Positions 1 through 14,140 of a stretch of 64,000 nucleotides of DNA are shown here, one piece after another. How positions within the stretch are numbered: the first letter of the stretch is position 1; every line of letters begins with the position of its first letter. Position numbers and translations under genes: made by a program. Source of the stretch: Octopus sinensis (Eukaryota). The stretch is from NCBI RefSeq assembly GCF_006345805.1, contig NC_043001.1, positions 868,001 through 932,000 of the forward strand, written 5' to 3'. Under the pieces are notes generated by a model. That model was not told the DNA's origin, made no database searches, and was given only the letters and a program-made list of their open reading frames with translations.

Positions 1-678
1 TTGGGCCTCACAGAGGCAATGACAAAGGACCGAGATCTCTGGAGATATGCTGTGACTGCAAAGACCCGGGCTGCTTCCTGCACCAGTTCTGTATAGCCCC
101 AGCTCATTCAAAGTACCTTGGATTTCAGAACAACCCACTGTGCTTGAGGAGACCTGTTGAGTCAAGTACATGAACGTGAACATCGAAATAAATATCAATG
201 GAAATAGTAGTTGTGATACCTGTGCCGGTGGCACATAAAAAGCACCATCTGAACGTGGCCGATGCCAGCACCACCTGGACTGACTTCTGTGCCGGTGGTA
301 CGTAAAAAGCACCATCCGAATGTGGCTGATGCCAGCGCCACCTTGACTGGCTTCTGTGTTGGTGGCACATAAAAAGCACCATCCGAATGTGACCAATGCC
401 AGCACCGCCTTGACTGGCTTCCGTGCTGGTGGCACGTTAAAAGCACCAACCGATCGTGGCCACTGCAAGACTCCCCCGGCACTTGTGCCGGTGGCATGTA
501 AAAAGCACCCACTACACTCACGGAGCGGTTGGCATTAGGAAGGGCATCCAGCTGTAGAAACACTGCCAGATCAGACTGGAGCCTGGTGCAGCCTCCTGGC
601 TTCCCAGACCCCGGTCGAACTGTCCAACCCGTGCTAGCGCAGAAAACGGACGTTAAACGATGATGATGATGATGATGA
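1..678 (+). mobile_element. RTE-clade LINE 3' end with 3' UTR tandem units and (GAT)n tail
   Basis: Bases 1-96 read LGLTEAMTKDRDLWRYAVTAKTR...*, an RTE-type ORF C-terminus. Five ~67-bp units (tgtgccggtggcacataaaaagcacc...) follow at about 221, 288, 355, 422 and 485. It ends in ...ggacgttaaacgatgatgatg. The same tail recurs many times in the window. Confidence 0.7.
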
Positions 679-1261
679 ATTCATAACTGCACAAGCTTTT
701 GCTGAGGATTGTATACAAATGACTATCTTTTGTTTGTAATTAGGATGCACCTCATAACAAGCAGAACACATCTACCATACATACTCTCTCTCTCACACAC
801 GACATTTAATTAGTTATATTTCCTACAATTTTGGACTCATGACCTACTTTAGAGCTAATAAAAATATTTTTCTTCTGTTTCTACATGAGGATGTATTTAT
901 ATATTTTAAATTATAGAGCATTTAAACAACAGAAAATCATTAAACACCTGCTTCTGTATTCAATAATTGAGGCATTTATCAAGACTTCATACTTGAATTT
1001 CAGTTTGTAGTTTTCAGATTTTTTAAATATCATTAGAGTGCACCTAGCTACATCTTGCAGCATCCCAGTCTGTCACAATGCACTTTTCCAAAACTACTGG
1101 ACTAGATCAATAGATCTATTCTGCATTTTCAAACTGATATCTGAGTGTTTGATGAAAATTTCTCAAATTTACCTATTTGTTTGAAACCATTTACTGTTCA
1201 GTTCCATGCTAACCAACAATTAACCATGATACACCATCAAGACGAGAGAAAAAAAAAGAGA

Positions 1262-1560
1262 CATTACATAGGTATGTTTGAGGATAAATTCAAATAAAGG
1301 TTTTACAGCAACAAGACATCCTTCATTCCAAAATGGACTTCCACAATATAAGCAAGCTATATTTTGAAACTAAAAGAGGACAATATGGATTATGAAATCA
1401 GGTGGAAGATTCTCAAAAGCTCTGGATCATACACCAGTATGGGAAGGAAATGTCAACTTTGTAGAGCAAATACGTTGCTGGAAAGATTGAAAAGCTCTGG
1501 CAACAGCATTAAATGTCAGAGGAGATATCTTTAATAGATTCTCTCCTGAAATAGAAATTT
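1262..1560 (+). mobile_element. Penelope-like element, GIY-YIG endonuclease fragment (decayed)
   Basis: One frame from 1262 reads HYIGMFEDKFK*RFYSNKTSF...YILKLKEDNMDYEIRWKILKSSGSYTSMGRKCQLC. This matches the YIG..F K.R...H..SF and 'I.W.IL...C.LC' pattern of the Penelope GIY-YIG C-terminus. It has two in-frame stops. Confidence 0.7.
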
Positions 1561-2336
1561 ATATAAACCCACTGGAATACTTAAGACCAACATTTACTCC
1601 CACATGCACTCATTCCTCTAGCATCTCTACATATGTCTATATAACTTCGATATCAAAATAACTTTGACACTCTGATTCATGGTTTGATAGACATTCATAA
1701 ACTTCACTTTCTTAAACCACTTTGTACACCTGTGCAACATCTAGATATCACTTATATCTTCACTTCTAGTCCATCCACGCATAAACTCCACAAACTCTGG
1801 TACATACAGTTTCTTCAGCCATACTACACATCCTGTTGCACAGACAAACAAGCATCACAAAACCCGTTACCAACAAGACGTTGATCATATACATTTATAC
1901 AACCAGTTTATCAAATAGTACATCACACCTGACAAAACAATTTAACAGTGTATAAGCTGTCACAAAAATTTTTTGTCATTCATTAATAATCTAATGAACA
2001 TAAATTTGGCCAATCAAGAAACAAATAAATAAAGATAAAAAGAAAAAGAAAAACGAAAGAGAAAAAACAAAGTATGACCCCGTTCTCACCTTTGTGGATG
2101 CTAAAGTGAAGAGAATGGTGATGATATATGTTGATATCTCAGAGAGAAAGTCTGGTTTCTGTAAGTCTATTTATGAGACCAAGTGTATTACTGGTATTCA
2201 TTTAATCCTTCCATTAATTCCAGAACAAAAAAAAAATGATGATCAAACCCTTGTAAGAGAGAAACCTGAGATATGGCATTGAAATAGCCGGAAATATTGG
2301 AATTTGGAAATTTGTCATCCGGGACAATTTGAAAAC

Positions 2337-2369
<33 letters not shown>

Positions 2370-2929
2370 CTGTCTGTCTGTATGTATATATGTATGCATG
2401 CATGTATATGTATGTATGTGTGTATGTAATCATTTCTGGCTGTTGTTTGGTTCTTCTATGATTAAGACTTAAATGGAAGAGAAATGAGAGTTGAGCCTAG
2501 AAATGCAGGAACTCAAAATTTACAATGAATGGAACTAAACATCATCAGGCATTTAATCCTGGACTTTATTCTGCATAAACATCACCAGCACCAGCACCAC
2601 CACCACCAGCCACCACCAGCACCACCACCCTGCCAATACTCATCATTATCTTACATCCAGCTTGTTTCACATGTTGCTATTTATAGCAATATGAATAATT
2701 TCTAAAAAGCTCCTAATTTGATTCTATCTTCCCACAAACCCAATAATTAACTTATATTTATTTTACTGAACCCAGAGGAATTGAAGATAGAGTCAGTTGC
2801 AGTCAGATTCAAAATCAGAATTTCAAAGGAAAAATGCAATAAAAAACACTCAGTTTTTATTGATCTCTTTGATTGTTCACCCTTAGTATTTAAAATTAGA
2901 CAGAGTGACACTAATTTGTGATATGCTTG

Positions 2930-3135
2930 TTCATACAGAAAGGAAACTGTCCAGATAATTACTCTCAAAGACCGTCAGGTAAAGAGATATCTGCTTTTTG
3001 TGCCTATGAATCCCAACAGATGGAAAAGACATCTCAAAAATAGAGAAATATATATCTTAATATATCTTAAACCAGAGAAATTATCCAAATATAATGATCT
3101 AGAAATAGAGATAACCAAAATATGGAGGGCAGAAG
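2930..3135 (+). mobile_element. R4/Dong-like LINE, restriction-like endonuclease fragment
   Basis: It reads ...QIITLKDRQVKRYLLF...EKLSKYNDLEIEITKIW, matching the RLE region of the copy at 20816-21160 (EKLSKYKDLEIEVTRIW). Confidence 0.55.
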
Positions 3136-4649
3136 TAATTTGTATAATAATGAGTTGTTTGGGAAGGATGAAAGCATGAAAAACGATGCAGGAGGATGAG
3201 GCAGAAGAGGATGTTCAGTATATGTGTGTGTGGGGGGGGGGAGAGAGAGAGTGAGAAAGAAAGAGAGAGTGAGAGGGGAGAGAGAGAGAGAGAAAGTGCT
3301 GGTTTTTTTGACTAGTTTTTTAAGGCCAGAGAGCCCTGAATGATTAAACACACTTGGTCAAAGATGTTGCGGCCATGACCATTAAGTCTGGTTTTTAAAT
3401 TTGGGACCAAAGTCTTGATGCAATTTTATTTCATAGAATTTGTTTCTTACTCTGTGAAAGTAAAATGTCTTGAAAAATAAAACAAAAACAAAGCAAAAAT
3501 GAAAATGCGGTTCCGTGTATCATTGGAATGGTATTGAAACAAGTGTTGGGTGGGGTGCAGCGGTTGAAATGGTCAAAATGATGAGGAACGAGAAGAAAAA
3601 ATATTACTAATTCTACCCTTAAGACAGAAATTGAAATCAATAAAATGATCTGATTGAACAGTCTGCAGACTGAGCTGCAAAACAAAATATATAAAATATC
3701 GGCAAAGAAACAAACAAAAACCATAAATAAAAACATATAAGGTAAGTTTTTCAAAAATAAAAACGAAAACTATTGAGAGAGAAATATTAAATAATCAAAA
3801 AAATGTCCATCTTTAGTGTAGCAGAGAGAGATCTGACTTCTCTGGAGATTAGATATATGGCTACTGTGTCTATTTCTGAAGACAACAAGTAATTTTAACA
3901 TGGAGGAACAATGTGAGTGTGTGTGTGTGTGTCTGTATACACACATACATTTGTGTTGTGTATATCTATATATATCACATATGCATGTATAACATATATA
4001 TGCACACACATACATATATAAATATATAACATGCATATCTGTAGGTTTTATACATTAAATACATTATATATGTGTGTGTGTGTGTGTATATATAGGCACA
4101 TTCCAACACAAATATTATTATATATCTACATATGTGTGTGTGTGTTTATGTATGTATGTGTATGCATGCACAAACGCACATACACAGCTACTTATATGAA
4201 TATTACTAAACCAAAGCGTCCCCCATCCCACCCCTACACTCACATATGCAAAGCAAGAATTACTGTAAAAGACTTTGAAATTCAGGGTTAGATTGGCTGC
4301 ATTAAGTTAATACTGTCATTACAAAACTAGGTTTTTCTCTTATGTTTTACAAATGTCCATTTATTTGTTTTGGTGCTGTCAGTCTTTTGTCATTGAATGT
4401 GTGTGTGTGTATACTTATCTACACACATAAAAAATACATAGGCTTCTGTGCATTTATTGTCACTCGCGTATATATGTTAACCCATGAATGGTAAACCTGA
4501 AGACAGTGTCAACATTTTCCTTATAAAAATCGATTTGGAATCTTAAATGTTTTGAGCAATCCTTCAATTAAAATGATTGTTTTTATATAATGATGCCTAG
4601 AATAAAACATTAATATATAATAAAGCAAACATTCATATATATTTATGTA

Positions 4650-4737
4650 GCACCTTGGGCAAGTGTCTTCTACTATAGCCTTGGGCTGACCAAAGCCATG
4701 AGAGTGGATTTAGTAGAGGGAAACTGAAAGAAGCCAG

Positions 4738-4788
<51 letters not shown>

Positions 4789-4985
4789 TGTGTTTCTGAC
4801 CCCACCATCTTTTGACAACCGATGTTGGTGTGTTTACATCTCTGAAACTTACTGGTTTGGCAAAAGAGACCGATAGAATAAGTACTAGGCTTACAATGAA
4901 TAAGTCCTGGGGTTGATTTGTTTGACTAAAGGCGGTGCTCCAGCATGGCCACAGTCAAATGGCTGAAACAAATATAAGAACAAAA

Positions 4986-4990
<5 letters not shown>
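4650..4990 (+). mobile_element. tRNA-derived SINE family A, head-truncated copy
   Basis: Body cttgggcaagtgtcttctactatagcc...ggaaactgaaagaagcc, internal (TA)n, then ...ggtgctccagcatggccacagtcaaat..tgaaacaa. It is homologous to the full copy at 16660-17045. Confidence 0.75.
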
Positions 4991-5032
<42 letters not shown>

Positions 5033-5129
5033 CATACGTATATACATATATCAGTGTATCTCTCTATCAAACAGACTCTCAGTTGTTATACATTGGTAAT
5101 CAAAATTCACGTTTAATTTTCTTCCTTAC

Positions 5130-5400
5130 ACCCTTCCTTTCCAAATCGTTTTACAAAATTGTCTTCCCATCCCCATGGAGGCCTTCAGAGTGGTCTTCTC
5201 TGATTTCTTGGATATCACTCACCAACTGCAGAGATGCACCTGTTAACTGTAAACCTTGCAACACGTCCATCCAAGCAAAACTTCAGCTTTTGCTATTCAA
5301 CAATCACCTTTATTCACTCTGCTCACTTCTCAAATTACTTCATTTCGAATATGATCTTGTAATGATATCCTGAGCATGGGCCTTTCCAATCCCTTTGTGC
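5130..5400 (-). mobile_element. RTE-clade LINE C-terminal fragment (decayed)
   Basis: The minus strand reads LRISLQDHIRNEVI*EVSRV...; after a frameshift it reads GRVARFTVNRCISAVGE*YPRNQRRPL*RPPWGWEDNF. This matches the RTE C-terminal LRI..RDHIRNE / GHV.R / GRP..RW.D pattern. Confidence 0.6.
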
Positions 5401-5491
5401 TGTGGACAATTGAGGTTATTTCCTCCACACACACACACACATGCACAAAACACACACACAAATATTATTATCATCATTAAAAAAAAATAAG

Positions 5492-5675
5492 TGGAATAAG
5501 CTGCCGGACGAGATAGTGAAGATGCCGACGACCGCTCAGTTCAAAGTCTCCCTTGACCACAAGGGGCCTGAACTCTTTACATGAACACCACCCTGTACAT
5601 AACTCCATGTCCCCCTACATGGCCTTGCTTTTCGCTGTTTGAGCCAAAAAATTAACTAACTAACTAACTAACTAA
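5492..5675 (+). mobile_element. CR1-like LINE 3' end with (TAAC)n tail
   Basis: 5492-5584 reads WNKLPDEIVKMPTTAQFKVSLDHKGPELFT*, the CR1/L2 terminal WN.LP..VV......FK..LD motif. A short UTR and a (taac)n tail follow. Confidence 0.65.
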
Positions 5676-5697
5676 ATATATATATATATATATATCA

Positions 5698-6180
5698 GTA
5701 TCGTCGTCGTTTAATGTCCGCTTTCCATGCTGGCATGGGTTGGATGGTTTGACTGAGGACTGGCGAGCCAGAAGGCTGTGCCAGGCTCCAATCTGATCTG
5801 GTAAATTTTCTGCAGCTAGATGCCCTTCCTAATGCTAACCACTCTGAGAGTGTAGTGGGTGCTTTTATGTGCCACTGGCACAAGGGCCAGTCAGGCAGTT
5901 CTGGCAATGACCACACTCAAAAGATGATTTTTACATGCTCCCTGCATGGAAGCCAGTCTGGCGGCACTAGCAACAACCAGGCTTGAATGTTGTCTTTCAC
6001 ATGCCACCGGCACATGTGCCAGTAATGTGACACTGGCAATGATCATTTTCAAATGGTGCTTTTTACGTGCCAACAGCACGGGAGCCAATCCGCAGCCCTG
6101 GCAATGATCACGCTTGGATGTACTTTTAACGTTCCACTGGCATGAGTACCAATCAGGTGGTACTGTCATCGGCCATGTCT
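5698..6180 (-). mobile_element. RTE-tail family copy (same family as 1-678), reverse orientation
   Basis: Starts tcgtcgtcgtttaatgtccgctttccatgctggcatgg, the reverse complement of the family tail. It contains several reversed ggtgctttttatgtgccac units. Confidence 0.7.
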
Positions 6181-7889
6181 ATATATATATATACATACTC
6201 AAATATATATTTACACATGCAATGCCCTCACACTGATCTTTATGTCTGTTTCTCTTATGTAGAAGGGATGACATGCCTGACTCAATGTTTCTTTCAGTCA
6301 GCTTTGCAATTGACTGTATACATCGACAAATTGCAAAAGGGACGACTGATGTGTGTGTGTGAAGTTCTTAGCCAGAACAAAAGAGTACTCAATACCCATT
6401 GCAGAGAGAATGTACAGTTTCAAGATAATTATACAAAGAGAAAAAGTAATGTAATTAAAAGTTTTAGAGAAGTCTGATGTTCCTGTTTGGATATTGAGAA
6501 TGGTCCCTGCAATAATATCTGAAAAGGAACTGTTCTAGATCCATACAAGCACATCTGTAACTTGTTTACACACACACACACACACACACACGCGCGTGTC
6601 CCCTTCTCCTAAACTAGTAGCTTATATTCCCACTACTATTCATCTGTTGTCTTTTAGGGAATTTGACAGGATGAAGCTAATAAGAGTTTATGGTTCAGTT
6701 TGATAAGAATTTTCCAATTTGATAAAAGAAAGAAGACAAGATATAAAACTAAATATTAAATAATTAAGGAAAATAAAGAAAAGAGGAAAGAAAAAGCACC
6801 TCAACAATGATGCAACGATAAATTTTCTTCTGAAAATAAACAAAACACAACAAAGTTCTCTGGTAACATGTGATCTTTAAATAAGTTGTAAACAATATCA
6901 ACTTAAAGATTATTAAGAAATTTTAACCCAATAAAAATGGTAGCAAATGATGTGGTGTCTGTACCATGGAGAGAAAACCAATCCTGAAAAACTCAGTTCA
7001 TCTGGGGATATATTTAAGTTCCAAGCATAAGAAATTTGGTAAATATAAACACACCAATAAGTTCATATTACATAATTGCTTAGATCCTACAACTGTAAGC
7101 AATGGGTTCTTCTAGATGCAGAATTTTCAAATACGTGCTTTCTTTTTTTCCTTCTTTGTCTCTTTTTATCATTTAATTTGTTTTTCTTTCTTTTTTCCTT
7201 CAAATTTGGAATTTCTTATCGAACTCATCCATGCACAACTGTTATCTTTGTCAGATCTCTGTTTTTCTTTAAGACTTAGGATTCACAAACAAAGCAACAG
7301 GTCCAAATACCAAAAGACATAACTCATTTAATTTGTTCAGTAGTTTTTTCCCTTATACAAATTATGATAAGAAATTATGAATTTGAGAAAGAAAAACTTT
7401 TCCCAGAATGCTCCAAACAGAAGTAAAAAGAGTTTCTTTGCTCTAAAACCACATGACTTAGTTAAGGCTACATGGGCATTAAGGTATCATCCCATGTCTG
7501 ATGAGATATAATTAACTTGTTTAAGCATTCTGAAACTTATATTAACAACGACAGGCCAATTGTAATTGTAACATATTTAAATTTGATTCAAACTTTACAA
7601 GTGACTGTTTCATTGTGCACACATAGGTGTCTCCAGAGGTGAGAAACTGAAAATAACAGCTGATTTTAAAGTAAAAATAAATTATCATAAAACTAAAGGA
7701 AACATTTGTCCAAAGATCTGCACAGTGGAATCTAACACAAGACCACTCGGTTACGATGCAGAGTTTCTTAATCTCTCGGCCAAATTAAGGCAACTGGTTT
7801 GATTTACTGTTTAAGATTTATTTAGTTTTTGGTTTCAACAACTCTTACATTTATTTGAATGTGTGCATATATGAATGATTTTATATATA

Positions 7890-7926
<37 letters not shown>

Positions 7927-8005
7927 TCCATCATATGTATATACTAACCCATGTATATATATGTGTGTGTGTGTGTAAGGGAGATGGTATGAAATTTTTG
8001 CATTA

Positions 8006-8063
<58 letters not shown>

Positions 8064-11039
8064 TGAATGAATGTATGTATACACACACTCACCCACGCAA
8101 ACACACCCACACACATACACATACATATGCAATGCTTATGTGAATGTGTGTGTGTTTTGTTTCTTTAAGTGTGTACATGAATGTGTTATTAAGAAAGTGA
8201 ATGTGAGTGAATGTGTATGTATATTGATGCACATGTGTGTATATATGTCTATATGCTTATACATGCATTGGGTAAATGTCAAAACCAGAAGGACATTTCC
8301 ATGGATGACATATAACTGACGAAGCAACAATGAGTAGGTGGCTTCGAAGATAAAAAAAAAATTCTTGTCTTCCGCATCTTACATTTCTTTCACACAGCTG
8401 CTGCCACCATTTTCATTTCTTACAACCTTCTATTTGTCAGTTGGAAGAAATTAGATGTGATTGTGTGATGTCCATGCATTTCTTGTATTTTATTAGTAAC
8501 ATTATTTTGGAGGTAGACTAACTGTGGCCCAGTTTATCATTACCAGATGGACCTTGGGGGTACCACTGATTGAAGTATCCATGCCAGGTCTTTGCCCTGA
8601 GGATAAGATAATACCTTCCAGTAACAAGTCTCACACACTCTGAAGAGGCTCATAGCTGCTGCCTTTATTAGTGTTATGAAGCCATTAAAAGAACAAAGCT
8701 CGCCCATTAAAAATTGACTCTAAGCCATTAAAAATAAATTGTAAAAAACATTTACAATATTAAAATTTTTATTTGCAGGCAGACCATGTGATAAAGAAGT
8801 TTGCCTTGTACACACACGCACACACACACACACATTTCAAAGTCCTTCTCTCTTCATACCATATTTTCTGATCAATAACATTGTTAGTTATAGGTTTCCA
8901 ATGGTTCAATCACTGCTTTGCTGCATTTTATGATGGTAGCAGTGACAAGAGAGCATCAGTGCAATTCAGGTGTAATAAATAGCACACAAGGTATTTCTGT
9001 TGTAAAGCACCGATTTATTGGCTTTCTCACCAATGTTTACATCTTTCAGTGATATACAGTGGAGAAAAATATATACTACACACACACATATATGTGTGCA
9101 CGTGTGAGTCTGTGTATACACCTATACATACATAAAATGAAATGTACATCAAGACATGTAATGCACACACATTTATAGAGACACACACACACACACACCA
9201 AGATAAGCACATGTATGTGCCTATGGAGGCCCCACCCAACACTCACACACACATGAAGTTGTAATCTTTCACACGCATAAACAAAGATATGTGCAGCATA
9301 ATCACAGGGATGGAAACTGCCCCCTCCTGCTGCACAGATCACACAGACACACATGCATGTATGCATGCCCCAGAAAGCACATGCACAGATAACTGAAACA
9401 GTATGCAACCTTCCTCTATGTACAAAAACACATTAATATATGTATATTATGCAAATACAAACATATTCAAGCGTGTATTTAAACATGCATTAAGCTTGTG
9501 TGTGAGTGTGTACACACACACAAATCTATATGTTCCTGGATTCCTAACGAGGCTTACCCAAATATTAATATTTACATAGACTTAGATAGAAGCAAACAGT
9601 TGAAAACCCTCTCTGTAACTGTTCTTCCTAGAAAAATCTAAAAATCTGTTCTATCGACAAACCACTAACAGCCCATTATCAGACAAATGGTAAGCGTTGC
9701 TGCTATCAATCTCTTCCATCATAGTCTAACGACACACACTCACTGATTTTGATTAAAAATTGGGGAAAAAATTGCTTTTCTTGCTGAAATTTATATTTCT
9801 GGTAGAGTAATTAATATTTGCTATCTATTTTCTATCTTGTTATTGTTTTTGTTGTTGTAGTCATCTGTTCGTTAATCTCAGTGTGAGCAAAAAGCAAATA
9901 AACAAAAGTTGAGTTTCGTTAGGTTTAAGTGAATGGATGATTGGAATCCATCTTTGGTTTGTTTGATAGTCTTTGACTTGAGATTCCCATCAGTTCTGTT
10001 ATTGATTTAACAATACAATGTCAAATGACTTGCCTTGGGCCCTCAAGTTCTGATGCCATCATTAGGGTATCATTATGACTTATAGGGTACCTTGGAAGGC
10101 ATCCCTCTCCATAGCTGACCATAACCAAGAGAGAGAGAGAGAAAGGAATTACTGACTCCAGGACAAGACTGGTACTTCCTTTACTGACCCTTAAAGACAA
10201 AATTGACTCTGGTGTGGTTTGAACATAGAGATGAATACTGAGAGTGAGAATAAATGCTGCAAAGTAATTCTCTCTGACATTCCAGCTAACTCATCAAATG
10301 TTATCATGGGAGATATGATGGGAAGGAAGAGGAAAGAATTACTTCATTGGATTTGATCTCAGAACCCCAGTAGCTGTTAGGCCTACACTTTGTAACATGT
10401 AAGACATTGAGTGCTTCATATAACAATTTGAACATGTCTTCTACTTTCTTTGACAAGTACAAATTTTCCATGAAGTGGCAAACTTTAGATCTTGTTCTGG
10501 AATAGTACCCTAGTCTACAGTAGACAACTTCCTCCATAACAAAACTGAACTCACCACTACAAGCTCACTGAAAAATTTTACAAATGTGTAGGTGATGCAA
10601 GACTGAGGTATATTCAACCACTCTGAGACACTTTTGCATATTGTCTTGTTATGTCTCACCTTGACAACAGTGACACAAGGTAAACTCTGTTCCTTTTAGC
10701 TGGAAATCTGTTTTTATAACTGATTTGCCCATCTAGGGTCATCACTGAGATCTTATAGTCAGGATTAAAGTCACCTCTATGAAGTCATTCACCCTGCTAG
10801 AAATACCAGCCAAATTACACCTTCCCTACTTCTTCCCAACTTCCTCTACCACCATGATTATGGCCTCTCTTCCTCAGACATGACCACTCTCATGTCACCT
10901 GTGTTCTGTAACTACTAACCCACTTGTCTCTCATTACCTATATTGCATCCAATGACCCCAACCATGCCCTGCACTAACCCCTATCGTTAGAACTCACCCT
11001 TTCATCATACTGCTTGCCCATGTCTTCCCTGCAGATGTT

Positions 11040-11215
11040 GACTTTTGAAACATTAATGGCAACAATCCTGCAATGGCCTGCAAAAGTATGGCATGGACAC
11101 ATAGTAGACATTTGGATTCACTCTATCTGGAAGATGGCATGGTCACAGATGGAGTGCCTTTTGTTATAGAGCTAAACAACCAAAGAACAGCTGGAATTGA
11201 ATAACAACAACAACA
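11040..11215 (+). mobile_element. RTE-like LINE 3' end, old, with (AAC)n tail
   Basis: Reads KVWHGHIV(R)HLDSL..., resembling RTE W.GH..R. It ends in aacaacaacaac. Confidence 0.35.
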
Positions 11216-12419
11216 CCCTCCACCCCCACCCCAGCCACCTCTGCTACCAGCACCTACCACGTCCAGTGTTTTCACCTAAGATCAAATCAAAGTCTTCACA
11301 AGCAAATATTCCTCCAGAACTAAATCTGTTGGATATCATTTCCTCTCTTTTCAACATTTTTCCCTTGCAGTTTCCCCATCTTAGCACCAGTGCATCAGTG
11401 TACCTTCTTATACCACGTAGCATATCTATCTAATCACACATTATGCAACTGGTGCATAAAGGAAATTAAATTGTGCACTAGAAATATTGAATAGAGGAGA
11501 TACAGGGTACAGCCTCTCCATGCATCTTTAAAACAGAAACAGTACTTCATATAATTCAATCAGAAATTTCTTTTCCTAAAAAAAAAGCTCATAAAAACTT
11601 GTGGATACAAAGTTTTTTTTTCCTGTAACTATAACATCCAGGCCAAAATTACATTTAATATTTTCTGGCTTATATGCACTCAAGAATTCTCTGGAATATT
11701 TTCTTTCTTGGTTGTCAGTTGAAAAGAACTTGTGCATTGTAAAATTTCACACAGATAGACCATTAAAAAATAAGAACAATAGATAAATAAAATGCTGCTT
11801 TTTCTGCTATTTTTCCTCTTTCCTTTCTGGAAATTTTCATATTTCTATATGAACTTTTGGATTATCCCAAAGTTAGTGCAGTGGGTTTCAGTCTGAGATG
11901 AAATGTAATATGCAAGCATATCTTTAATAGATAATGCACTCTATCAATCATTTTTATACTTTCACGTTAAATGATAAATAACATACACACTGGCACACAA
12001 ACATATGTACATATATACATACACATACATACATACACACATACAAACATAAGCACATGCACATGCATATATGTGTGTGTGTGTGTGTATGTATGCATGT
12101 ATGGATGGATGAATGGATCTTCAATCAATGGGGATCTCAGCTACTAAATCCATTACAGTTTTGTATAATTCAACAAGGGAATCTGTACACAGTTGAACTG
12201 GATAGCAAAAATATCTCTCTTGAATTCCACCTTACTGTCTAAATAAAAGAAAGAATATATTGGACAAAGAAGTTGAGGAAAATATAGAAAAATAAGAGAT
12301 GGGCAAGGTTGGAACCCTTTTAATCAGTAGACTGCTTGCAGCAGTTTTACTGGCTATAATATCATTCCTATTCCTGTGGTCTGGCTGTTTTGTTATTACA
12401 ACAAGGGAGGTAAGAACTT

Positions 12420-12890
12420 GAATGGATATATGGGATGAAGTGGTGAAGCGTGATCTCTGAGCTTTTGGGCCTCACAGATGCAAGGACTGGTGACCGAGAT
12501 CTTTGGCGATATGCTGTACTTGAGAAGACCTTTCAAGCCAAGTAAAATTGCAGTTGTGGCTGATGCTGATGTCACATAACCAGCACCCGTGCAGGTGGCA
12601 TGTGAAAGCACCTTTCAAGCATTGAGCCTCACAGAGGTAAAGTGGTTGAGCTCTTTTCAAATGTTGGGCCTCAAGACGCAATGACCGAGACCCTTGGCAT
12701 TATGTTGTGCTTGAGAAGAAGACACATCAAGCCAAGTAAAATCGCAGTTGTGGCAGATACCGGAGTCACCCATGCTGAAATAGACTGGAGTCTGGTGCAG
12801 CCTTCCAGCTTGCTAGCCCCCCTGGTCAAACCGTCCAACCCATGGCAGCATGGACAATGGACGTTAAATGATGATGATGATGATTGATGA
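12420..12890 (+). mobile_element. RTE-clade LINE 3' end with internal duplication and (GAT)n tail
   Basis: Reads WDEVVKRDL*..GLTDARTGDRDLW(R)YAVLEKTFQAK*. The segment gggcctca...gaccgaga...gtgcttgagaaga...caagccaagtaaaat..cagttgtggc occurs twice (about 12465 and 12665). The family tail is at 12860-12890. Confidence 0.7.
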
Positions 12891-12911
12891 TGACATGTAT
12901 GTATGTATGTT

Positions 12912-12945
<34 letters not shown>

Positions 12946-13044
12946 CAGAGAGACAAAGAGAAAGAAAGAAAGAGAGAAGGTGAGGAAGGATAGACAGAGA
13001 GAGAAATGAAAATACTGTAATCAGTGAAAAATAGAAAGAGAAAA

Positions 13045-13086
<42 letters not shown>

Positions 13087-13479
13087 AGAGAGGGAGCGAA
13101 AAAGAGAGAAGGAGGGGAGAAGGTGTATATTATTCTGGATTTGTGTATTGAAACTGCAGGCAGAAATGAAATGGATAACATAATGAAACGAAGTCATAAA
13201 GATCAATAAATTTATGCATTAAAAGATATATCGAGAGTTAAATTAAAGTGAAATAACCTTAGTTTGCAAATAGCTGTGGATGCTACATTTTTATCTTTTA
13301 TGTATTACAGAATAAAGGCTGTGCCCATGCTGGGGCACCACCATTATTCATTTTGTTTTGGTATTAGGTTTAAAGGCTTATCAGAATTATGAGAGAAGAC
13401 AAATACATACATCAGCAGATGGGAAAATAGATATTCAAATGCGCTTATGTATACCATGGCATTTCCTGCTATTATTAAG

Positions 13480-13660
13480 GCAGCGAGCTGACAGAATTGT
13501 TGGCACGCTGGACAAAATGCTTAGCAGTGGTTCACCTATCGCTACATCCATCTTATCCTTTCATCCTTTTGGGGTCAATAAATTAAGTACTGGGGGGGGG
13601 GGGTCGATGTAATCGACTAGTCCCCTCCTCCAGGCCTTGCACCTATAACAGAAAGGATTA
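13480..13660 (+). mobile_element. tRNA-derived SINE family B (Meta-like central domain)
   Basis: Head gcgagctgacagaattgttggcacgctggacaaaatgcttagc, core cctttcatccttttggggtcaataaattaagtac...ggggtcgatgtaatcgact, and an (ATT)n tail. Resemblance of the core to the MetaSINE domain is from memory and unverified. Confidence 0.65.
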
Positions 13661-13684
13661 TTATTATTATTATTATTATTACTA

Positions 13685-13728
<44 letters not shown>

Positions 13729-13736
13729 CATTACTA

Positions 13737-13774
<38 letters not shown>

Positions 13775-13782
13775 CATTACTA

Positions 13783-13820
<38 letters not shown>

Positions 13821-13822
13821 TA

Positions 13823-13863
<41 letters not shown>

Positions 13864-13865
13864 TA

Positions 13866-13963
<98 letters not shown>

Positions 13964-13965
13964 TA

Positions 13966-14003
<38 letters not shown>

Positions 14004-14036
14004 TAATTATTATTATTATTATTATTATTATTACTA

Positions 14037-14077
<41 letters not shown>

Positions 14078-14079
14078 TA

Positions 14080-14117
<38 letters not shown>

Positions 14118-14140
14118 TAATTATTATTATTATTATTTTT
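13657..14140. repeat. ~480-bp (ATT)n array with recurrent ACTA interruptions
   Basis: Directly visible. About 10 'actaatt' variants lie within pure att repeats. It is the expanded tail of the SINE at 13480. Confidence 0.95.

Noticed and set aside
2939-2978. Apparent plus-strand exon (cag|...cag|gtaaag)
   Set aside because: The frame continues into EKLSKYNDLEIE and is part of a decayed R4/Dong-like LINE.
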